In this document: positions 56,193-64,000 of the stretch, piece by piece | Layout: every line of letters begins with the position of its first letter | Position numbering within the stretch: position 1 is the stretch's first letter | From: Alloprevotella sp. | GTDB lineage: Bacteria > Bacteroidota > Bacteroidia > Bacteroidales > Bacteroidaceae | NCBI GenBank assembly: GCA_045126825.1 | Contig: JBGVPF010000078.1 | Location: forward strand, 2,656 to 66,655 | Direction: 5' to 3' | DNA length: 64,000 bases | Program-made: the position numbers and the translations under genes | Notes under the pieces: generated by a model | Told to the model about the DNA's origin: nothing | The model's input: the letters and a program-made list of their open reading frames with translations, nothing else | Database searches by the model: none

Positions 56193-56575
56193 CTGTCCGG
56201 TAAAATTTGTCTCTTTATTTTAGAGAACACGAACCGAAGGTCGCGCAAGTCAATTGCACGAATAACACGAACCGAAGGTCGCGCAAGTCAATCCTTGCGG
56301 GGTGTTATCTTTGCTTATCGCATACGAACCAAAGGTCGCGCAAGCAATTGCACGAATACCATCCGGATGGCATTCGTGTTATTCGCCTCTGATTAAGAAA
56401 TATTCATCCCGCACGGTGATTCGTGTTATTCGTGAAATTGACTTGCGCGACCTTCGGTTCGTGTTCTCTTAAACATAGAAATTCTGTATTATTTAAGTTG
56501 AATCTCAATAGGGCGCTTGTATGAGTACAACTATCCATCAAACAAAGAGTTATCTATATTTACCGGACACCAATA
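56193..56575. mobile_element. MITE-like element, copy 2
   Basis: Highly similar to 13416-13740; ends CTGTCCGGTAAA and TTTACCGGACAC; carries an extra 38-bp segment and a 20-bp insert; no clear target duplication. Confidence 0.78.
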
Positions 56576-56846
56576 ATTGCTTATATAATTTTAGAGCAAC
56601 AAAATGTATTTCCTGGAACAAAAAAAGAAAGGGTGTGTCAAAAAATATTGACACACCCTATTGAATTGTGAAGTTTGATAAATACCAGATATATATAAGG
56701 AGTATAAAAGTAAAGATTATAGAAAACTATTTTTCGAATTACACTTTCATTCTTAAACTCATACACATATATTTATTCTTCTTTTATGACGTATAGTCAA
56801 AAATGAACTTAAAACAACGTCATAATCTTAAAAAGAAAAGAACAAT

Positions 56847-58046
56847 TTATCGATGATATTCAACAGCAAGTCCACCCTCTGAAGTTTCGCGGTAGAGCGA
56901 AGGAAGGTCATGCCCCGTCTTCTTCATAACCTGAACGGCTTTATCGTAACTAATACGATGTTGGCCTTCGGCATATGTTGCATAAATATTAGCATCAAGC
57001 GCACGCGCTGCAGCATGGGCATTGCGTTCAATACATGGGATCTGTACGAGTCCACAGATAGGGTCGCAAGTCATACCAAAATGGTGTTCCAACCCCATTT
57101 CTGCAGCATATTCTGTGGTTTGTAGACTTCCCCCAAAGATATAATTTGCAGCAGCTGCAGCCATAGCACAAGCCACACCGACTTCTGCCTGGCATCCCGC
57201 TTCTGCTCCAGATATTGAAGCTAATGTTTTAGCAATGTTACCGATAAGTCCTGCGGTTGCTAAAGCATGAAGAATGCGCTTTGTTGAGAAATTTCTGCTT
57301 TGCTGGATGTGGTATAAAACAGCAGGAACTACCCCACAAGAACCACAAGTGGGAGCTGTAACAATACGTCCGCCCGACGCATTTTCTTCTGTAACGGCAA
57401 GAGCATAAGCAAAAACTAAACCTCTTGTCTGGAGGTTGGCACTATACCCTTGTGCTTTGATGTAGTAATGTGGAGCCTTTCTACGCAAGTTAAGTCCGCC
57501 AGGTAGAACACCTTCTGTTTCCAAGCCACGCTCAACTGCTTGACACATAACTTTCCACACCTCTTCAAGGTAGTCCCAAATATCCGATTCCTCAAAATGT
57601 TCTACAAATTGCCAATAGGAATACCCACGTTCGTCACACCATTTGATAATATCGTTCAAATGGTTGAGTTCATACACATCGGGTGTTTGGATAGAACTAT
57701 GCCCTTCCTCTGCCAAAGCTCCTCCCCCTACGCTATATACAGTCCAAGGATCATACGGATTACCCGCATCATCAATAGCTTGGAAAAGCATACCATTAGG
57801 ATGATAAGGAAGTACAATTTCTGCGCACCATTTAATCTCACAGCGCTCCTTTCCTATTACGTCAAGAATTGCCCAATCTGTAAGGTGACCACGCCCAGTT
57901 GCTGCCAAACTTCCATAAAGTGTTACTTGAAAACGCTTGGCTTCGGGATGTTTTAAGAGATATTGTTCTGCTGCAGCACGAGGCCCCATCGTATGAGAAG
58001 ATGAGGGACCATAACCTATGCGATATAGTTCTTTTAATGATTTCAT
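56847..58046 (-). CDS. sdaA: L-serine dehydratase (Fe-S, single chain)
   Basis: GPSSSHTMGP, APTCGSCG, GCQAEVG, CDPICGLVQIPCIERN, ETSEGGLA. Confidence 0.96.
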   Translation of the reverse strand: MKSLKELYRIGYGPSSSHTMGPRAAAEQYLLKHPEAKRFQVTLYGSLAATGRGHLTDWAILDVIGKERCEIKWCAEIVLPYHPNGMLFQAIDDAGNPYDPWTVYSVGGGALAEEGHSSIQTPDVYELNHLNDIIKWCDERGYSYWQFVEHFEESDIWDYLEEVWKVMCQAVERGLETEGVLPGGLNLRRKAPHYYIKAQGYSANLQTRGLVFAYALAVTEENASGGRIVTAPTCGSCGVVPAVLYHIQQSRNFSTKRILHALATAGLIGNIAKTLASISGAEAGCQAEVGVACAMAAAAANYIFGGSLQTTEYAAEMGLEHHFGMTCDPICGLVQIPCIERNAHAAARALDANIYATYAEGQHRISYDKAVQVMKKTGHDLPSLYRETSEGGLAVEYHR

Positions 58047-58153
58047 GTTTGCAAAGGTGAAGAGAACGGTTTATTGTTAGCAATGAGATAAAGAATCATA
58101 ATCCTCAAACAGCAACTTAACCGACTTGTTTACTTGACTGCGTTAAAGAATTT

Positions 58154-60124
58154 CTAATTTTCCTTGATAACCCCTTTACGATAGGCTTTTAAAAGGTATT
58201 CAAGGTCAGCCACTTGTTCACGCAAAGTTCTACCAATATCAGTATCTGCCACCATGACGCGGCGATCTGATATTTCTACGATAGACGTTGTAGATTGAAT
58301 ATCTGTACCGTTAAGAACGGCTTCTTCTGTTGAATTAAATGGTGCATGCTGCACTAATTGGAATCCACGACTATGGTAGACGAGTGTATATCCAGCTATA
58401 CCTGTTGTTGAGTGATAAGCCCGCGCGAACCCACCATCAATTACCATTAAGCGTCCATCTGCTTTTATGGGGTTTTCTCCCTTGCCCACTTTTACAGGCA
58501 CGTGTCCGTTAATGATGTGGCGGTGCTTACCCACAACAGAAAATTCATCAAGAATCTTGTCGCAAATTGTTGCCTCATTTCTCAACTTGTAATATGCCCC
58601 CTTCTCCTCACTATGTGTAGATTTATCATCTATGAAGTAGCGCTCAAAGGTTGTCATCTTTGACTTATCAAAGAGCGGGCTATTAGGTCCACACCAAAGG
58701 TACCAGAAGAAATCGCGTGCATAAAGTTTTTCGTCTTCATCTGCCCCTTCCTCATACGCTAAACGTACCAATTGTTCAATACGAAGCATCAACTCCTTAC
58801 CCTTACAAGTCATGCCCATTACTTCGACTTCACGCAACGTTCCATCATTATTCAACGGTAATGAAGCATGGAAAAGCAGATTAGAATTACACACCGTAAA
58901 CATCCCACCATGGGTAAGTAAGCATTGCATGTGGCGTTGCAGACGCTCACTGATGCGGAACGACCTAACGAGACTATTGATGATATCCTGCTCTTCTTCA
59001 GTCAAGCGTAAAGGGTCATCTGGAGATATCGTAGGAAAGTACATATCCTTCATCGGATACTCAACACCTTCATATGTTATCACTCCACGCTTGAAATCAA
59101 TTTGTTCAAGCAAGCTACGATGACTCATGTTCCATTCAGGATGTGCATTGTAAAGTTGACCTTCAAGTTTGAATTGAATGACCGCTATGGCCTTGTGCAT
59201 CTGCGCAATGAGGCGTTGCGTCTTTTCTCGGGGTGAACCTTCTCCTGTAAATTCTATAAAGGGTTTGAAATACTCACAAGAATCATCGGCATAAGTTTCC
59301 ATAGCAAATGTAGCGAGGGGCACCATGTTGATACCATATCCCTCCTCTAACGTCTTTGTGTTAGCGTAACGAAGCGAGAGGCGAATGACGGTAGCAACAC
59401 ACGCTGGATTACCCGCAGCTGCGCCCATCCAAAGCATATCGTGATTCCCCCACTCTACATCTAAATTATGGTAATCACAGAGCATGTCCATAATAAGGTG
59501 CGCACCTGGACCGCGGTCAAATATATCGCCCAAAATATGCAACTGGTCAACCGATAAGCGCTGAATTAAATAACACAATTGAGTCACGAAAGCATCTGCA
59601 CGCTTTGTTCCAATAATCGTCTGAATGATAATGTTATAATACGTCTGCTTATTGTGGCGGTCAGATGATTCGTGAAGCAATTCTTCGATGATATACGCAA
59701 ATTCATGGGGCAAACTTTTACGCACTTTAGAACGCGTGTATTTAGAAGAAACATTGCGACACACAGCGATTAAGCGATGCAACGTGCTTTGATAAAACTC
59801 TGGCATATTTCTTCCAGACCTATGAAGGAGCTCCAACTTCTGTTCTGGATAATAAATCAAGGAACAAAGTTCTTTGAGTTCTTCCTCATTTAACTGATTC
59901 TGAAATATCTCATGCACCTTACGCTTAATATCCCCAGAGGCATTACGCAATACATGCTGAAAGGCTTCATACTCACCATGTATATCTGCCATAAAATGCT
60001 CCGTAGATTTGGGGAGGTGTAAAATAGCTTCAAGGTTAATAATTTCAGTGGTTACAGCAGAAACGTTGGGAAAGTCCTTTGCCAACAACTGCAAGTAACG
60101 CATATTTTCACGGATGTTTTTCAT
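58154..60124 (-). CDS. fbp: Fructose-1,6-bisphosphatase class 3
   Basis: ADIHGE, GDIFDRGP, WGNHD, NGHVPVK, IDGGF; -7 box at 60216-60223. Confidence 0.95.
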   Translation of the reverse strand: MKNIRENMRYLQLLAKDFPNVSAVTTEIINLEAILHLPKSTEHFMADIHGEYEAFQHVLRNASGDIKRKVHEIFQNQLNEEELKELCSLIYYPEQKLELLHRSGRNMPEFYQSTLHRLIAVCRNVSSKYTRSKVRKSLPHEFAYIIEELLHESSDRHNKQTYYNIIIQTIIGTKRADAFVTQLCYLIQRLSVDQLHILGDIFDRGPGAHLIMDMLCDYHNLDVEWGNHDMLWMGAAAGNPACVATVIRLSLRYANTKTLEEGYGINMVPLATFAMETYADDSCEYFKPFIEFTGEGSPREKTQRLIAQMHKAIAVIQFKLEGQLYNAHPEWNMSHRSLLEQIDFKRGVITYEGVEYPMKDMYFPTISPDDPLRLTEEEQDIINSLVRSFRISERLQRHMQCLLTHGGMFTVCNSNLLFHASLPLNNDGTLREVEVMGMTCKGKELMLRIEQLVRLAYEEGADEDEKLYARDFFWYLWCGPNSPLFDKSKMTTFERYFIDDKSTHSEEKGAYYKLRNEATICDKILDEFSVVGKHRHIINGHVPVKVGKGENPIKADGRLMVIDGGFARAYHSTTGIAGYTLVYHSRGFQLVQHAPFNSTEEAVLNGTDIQSTTSIVEISDRRVMVADTDIGRTLREQVADLEYLLKAYRKGVIKEN

Positions 60125-60389
60125 AGTCTTCAACGAAACAGAATTTTTAAGGCCGTTAAGCTTCAAGAACGATTGCTTCACCCCTTTAAACCGACACAAT
60201 TCGGATATTCAACCACAAAAGTAAGATAAAATTAGCAATCTTACTCCCATTTAATACGTATTTTATTTAGTTATGCACCGTATTTATTGTATAAAATGTT
60301 ATTTTTGCAAGAAGAATATCATTTAACCATTAGAATAAGTCATTATGTTCCTCCCCACGAGGAATATAAAATAACAAGAATATTTCATT

Positions 60390-61595
60390 ATGCCAAAGAT
60401 TTCTGGGCGTGCGGTAGATATGCCGGCTTCGCCTATCCGAAAGTTAGCGCCTCTTGCTTCTGCTGCCAAGCGTCGTGGCACGAAGGTGTACCATCTCAAT
60501 ATTGGTCAGCCCGACTTGCCCACTCCGCAAGAGGGACTTGACGTGTTGAAAAACATTGACCGCACGTTGTTAGAATACAGTCCGAGTCAGGGTTTCTTGC
60601 GCTATCGCGAGAAGCTCACCCACTATTACGAAAAGTTTGACATCCACCTCTCTGCCGACGACATCATCATCACCTCTGGCGGTTCAGAAGCCGTGCTTTT
60701 TGCCTTCCTTTCCTGCCTCAATCCTGGAGACGAAATCATTGTGCCCGAGCCTGCGTATGCCAACTACATGGCGTTTGCCATTTCTGCTGGAGCAAAGATT
60801 CGCACGATTGCAACAACAATTGAAGAAGGTTTCTCCCTCCCGAAGGTTGAAAAGTTTGAAGAACTTATCAATGAGCACACACGTGCCATCCTTATCTGCA
60901 ATCCCAACAACCCCACGGGATACCTTTACACACGTCGCGAGATGAACCAAATTCGCGACTTGGTGAAAAAATACGACCTCTACCTATTCTCCGACGAGGT
61001 CTACCGTGAATTCATCTACACTGGTTCGCCATATATTTCGGCGTGCCACCTTGAGGGGATAGAACAAAACGTAGTGCTGATTGACTCGGTATCAAAGCGC
61101 TATAGTGAATGTGGTATCCGTATTGGCGCCTTAATTACGAAAAACGAGGAAGTAAGAAATGCGGTAATGAAATTTTGTCAGGCGCGCCTCAGTCCCCCGC
61201 TTATCGGCCAACTTATCGCTGAAGCCTCACTTGATGCTCCAGCTGAATATAGTCGTGAAATTTATGACGAATACGTTGAGCGCCGTAAATGCTTAATTGA
61301 TGGGTTAAACCGTATTCCAGGTGTTTACTCCCCCATCCCCATGGGTGCATTCTATACAGTGGCAAAACTTCCAGTTGATGATGCCGAGAAATTCTGCGAA
61401 TGGTGCTTAACAGACTTTGAATATGAAGGTCAAACAGTGATGATGGCTCCAGCTGCTGGGTTCTACACTACACCAGGTGCGGGAAAGGATCAAGTGCGAA
61501 TTGCATACGTTCTAAAAAAAGAAGATCTCAATAAGGCACTCATTGTACTACAAAAGGCGTTAGAAGAATATCCTGGAAGAACCATCAATGTTTAG
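60390..61595 (+). CDS. PLP-dependent class I aminotransferase (aspartate aminotransferase-like)
   Basis: LNIGQPD, NPNNPTG, DEVY, SVSKRYSECGIRIG. Confidence 0.92.
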   Translation: MPKISGRAVDMPASPIRKLAPLASAAKRRGTKVYHLNIGQPDLPTPQEGLDVLKNIDRTLLEYSPSQGFLRYREKLTHYYEKFDIHLSADDIIITSGGSEAVLFAFLSCLNPGDEIIVPEPAYANYMAFAISAGAKIRTIATTIEEGFSLPKVEKFEELINEHTRAILICNPNNPTGYLYTRREMNQIRDLVKKYDLYLFSDEVYREFIYTGSPYISACHLEGIEQNVVLIDSVSKRYSECGIRIGALITKNEEVRNAVMKFCQARLSPPLIGQLIAEASLDAPAEYSREIYDEYVERRKCLIDGLNRIPGVYSPIPMGAFYTVAKLPVDDAEKFCEWCLTDFEYEGQTVMMAPAAGFYTTPGAGKDQVRIAYVLKKEDLNKALIVLQKALEEYPGRTINV

Positions 61596-61867
61596 TATGA
61601 CCTCTTACTAATACGATCCGCAATCCCTAATTTAAATATTCATCCACTAATTTATAGAGGGGATGATTAACGAGAAAGAACTATATAATAGTCATTAAAC
61701 ATAAATAGCGAGTTGTAAGAAAATCATCAAATTAAACCTACTTACTACTCGCTATTTTCTCATTGAATATCTTTATAATAATAAATAGGACAAATCTATA
61801 GTGTTAATGTTTTTGTTAATCCTTTTAGTTGTACTATTTTTCACCCAATAAAGTCCCACGATTAGTA

Positions 61868-63091
61868 ATGCATTTTTTAGCCAAAAGGTTTTATCGCGGA
61901 GCGAATCACACCAAACGCAACGTTACTCAGCCTGCCATTAAAGTTGCGACAGTAGGCATTGCCATGGGCCTTGCCATTATGTTGTTATCCATAAGTGTGC
62001 TAATGGGATTTAAGCAAGAGTTAACCAAAAAAATTACGGGATTCACTGCGCATATTGAGGTGCTTAATATAGAAACGCTTCAAATACCTGACGCATTCCC
62101 CATTTGCTTACCACCCTATATCGAGAACAAAATTTGCAACATAGAAGAAGTTAAAAACATACAGAAGGTTACTCAAAAAATTGGGGTACTTAAAACTGGA
62201 CTTCATTTTAGTCCTATAATTCTTAAGGGTATTGACGAGGGGTATGACACTACCTATCTCCAAGAATCGTTGATTGAGGGTAAACTTCCCACTTTGAAGA
62301 AAGATTCTGCAACATATCAGATTGCCGTTTCGAAATGTATAGCAGAACTTCTCAATTTAAAAGTTGGACAACGTATTTATGCATACTTCTTTGAAGAAAG
62401 CATAAAAATGAGACGCATGAGCATAGTCGGTATCTACGAAACAAATATCAAACATTTTGATGAATCAATAGTCTTAACCGATCGCTACTCTGTTTGCAAA
62501 CTAAATGGATGGAACAATCAACAATGCAGTGAACTTGAAATCAAAGCTACATCACTAGGTGATATACCAAGGATACTCCCCGAGATACAAAAAAGCATTG
62601 CCGGTTTTCCCAAACTCACCGCGATATCCGTAAGCGACCATTACCCCCAAGTTTTCACATGGTTAAACATACTAAACACAAATGTTTGGGTAATATTAAT
62701 ACTTATGGCTGGGGTTGCTGTATTTACTGTATGTAGCGGATTGCTTGTCATAATGCTTGAGCGCACGCCAGCAATTGGTATACTTAAAGCCATGGGAGCA
62801 ACGAACTCGCAAGTACGTGCTATATTTATAAGATTAGCCATGTTTATCACCGCAAAAGGGGTTTTATGGGGAAATGCAATAGCACTCACTTTGCTTTTAT
62901 TACAACATTTTTTTAAACTCATACAACTTGACCCCTCACATTATTATGTTACTGAAGTTCATGTTGTCATATCCCCTATTATAATTTTAATTATCAACAT
63001 TGTTGTTGTGTTATTAATATTTCTTTCATTATTTATCCCCACACTAACTATCTCCAAAATATCTCCTACAAAAGCAATAAAGTTCGACTGA
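61868..63091 (+). CDS. LolC/E-type ABC permease
   Basis: ISVLMGF, IGILKAMGA, DPSHYYV, PTKAIKFD. Confidence 0.88.
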   Translation: MHFLAKRFYRGANHTKRNVTQPAIKVATVGIAMGLAIMLLSISVLMGFKQELTKKITGFTAHIEVLNIETLQIPDAFPICLPPYIENKICNIEEVKNIQKVTQKIGVLKTGLHFSPIILKGIDEGYDTTYLQESLIEGKLPTLKKDSATYQIAVSKCIAELLNLKVGQRIYAYFFEESIKMRRMSIVGIYETNIKHFDESIVLTDRYSVCKLNGWNNQQCSELEIKATSLGDIPRILPEIQKSIAGFPKLTAISVSDHYPQVFTWLNILNTNVWVILILMAGVAVFTVCSGLLVIMLERTPAIGILKAMGATNSQVRAIFIRLAMFITAKGVLWGNAIALTLLLLQHFFKLIQLDPSHYYVTEVHVVISPIIILIINIVVVLLIFLSLFIPTLTISKISPTKAIKFD

Positions 63092-63118
63092 TTTTTTTGC
63101 AGAAACAAAAAAAACAAT

Positions 63119-63126
63119 TATCTTTG
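63119..63126 (+). promoter_or_regulatory. -7 box TATCTTTG for tRNA-Pro
   Basis: Consensus match 15 nt before the tRNA. Confidence 0.7.
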
Positions 63127-63141
63127 CACCCGAAATTCACT

Positions 63142-63217
<76 letters not shown>

Positions 63218-63221
63218 ATAT

Positions 63222-63263
63222 AAAGCAAAGCACAAGATTCGCATCGTTGTGTTTTGCTTTTTT
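63222..63263 (+). terminator. Intrinsic terminator after the tRNA
   Basis: AAAGCAAAGCACAA..TTGTGTTTTGCTTT followed by a T run. Confidence 0.7.
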
Positions 63264-63284
63264 CATTATCATAACATATACAAA

Positions 63285-63857
63285 ATGTCTTTATTAGAAC
63301 TTATCTTACTTGCAATCGCCTTAGCCATTGATTGCTTTGCCGTCAGTATTGCCAGTGGCATCGTTCAAAAACAAATCTATTGGCGTTCATTTCTAACCAT
63401 GGCACTATTCTTCGGATTATTTCAGGGATTAATGCCTTTATTGGGGTGGGTACTTACATATTGGGCATCAACTTACGTTGCAGCATGGGACCACTGGATA
63501 GCCTTTTTGATATTGTTGTTTTTAGGGATAAAGATGATTCATGAACATTTCAAAGATGCCCCCACCGTCGCCACATACTTCCCCACCACTCTTATGGTAA
63601 TTATCACCTTATCGATAGCCACAAGCATTGACGCTTTCGCAGTAGGCATCTCATTCGCCTGTTTGGGCATACGAAATCTCCAATCGATAATCATCCCCAC
63701 AATGATCATAGGAGCAGTATCCTTTGCCTTTTCAATATTCGGAAACCTTTTAGGGGCACTCCTGGGAAACAAAATACGTCTAAACGCCGAACTTTGGGGA
63801 GGTCTACTACTTATTGGAATAGGAACAAAAATTTTATTTGAACATCTTTGTGAATAG
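63285..63857 (+). CDS. mntP: Manganese efflux pump MntP
   Basis: ALAIDCFAVS, FQGLMP, DHWIAF, ATSIDAFAVG. Start trimmed to MSLLEL. Confidence 0.92.
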   Translation: MSLLELILLAIALAIDCFAVSIASGIVQKQIYWRSFLTMALFFGLFQGLMPLLGWVLTYWASTYVAAWDHWIAFLILLFLGIKMIHEHFKDAPTVATYFPTTLMVIITLSIATSIDAFAVGISFACLGIRNLQSIIIPTMIIGAVSFAFSIFGNLLGALLGNKIRLNAELWGGLLLIGIGTKILFEHLCE

Positions 63858-64000
63858 ATTTTCAATTTCTGCTATATAGTAGAACAATCTTACGTATCTT
63901 ACATAAGAATATAGAACAAAATCTTGACGTCTTAACTATATAGCATCTAAAGAATTTGAGATATTTATACGCTTCAATAATGATCTATGCAAAATAATAT

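Noticed and set aside
55522-56396. ORFs of 162 and 138 aa
   Set aside because: Translations of palindromes and the MITE; no protein-like features. The same peptide recurs at 13389-13577.
56225-56460. CRISPR-like recurrence of AACCGAAGGTCGCGCAAGTCAA
   Set aside because: Irregular spacing, mixed orientation, spacers that are themselves repeats, and no cas genes.

Overview
Chromosomal window from a Bacteroidales bacterium. Evidence: TAnnTTTG promoters, EF-G2, type III glutamine synthetase, and the yceD-rpmF-fabH-era-der gene order. About 40 mostly housekeeping CDS: two tandem MacB/FtsX-type permeases, nadC, a split sialic-acid cluster (Kelch mutarotase fused to an SSS transporter, lyase, epimerase, YhcH/NanQ), mnmD, purF, DPP-IV, glnA, dnaB, OstA-like, SurA-like PPIases, guaB, TamL/BamA, rho, U32, galE, nspC, OPT, sdaA, fbp, lolE-like, tRNA-Pro and mntP. 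No CRISPR array, integrase, transposase or phage gene was recognised. The most unusual signal is non-coding. Several unrelated intergenic repeat families are capped by one shared, oriented octamer, CCNTSCGG. They are also invaded by tiny (20-151 bp) hairpin units that insert at TT/AA with a 2-bp duplication, including one unit nested inside another, and empty sites are visible in the same window. No mobilising enzyme is encoded here, so the mechanism is inference. All calls were made by eye; no searches were run.
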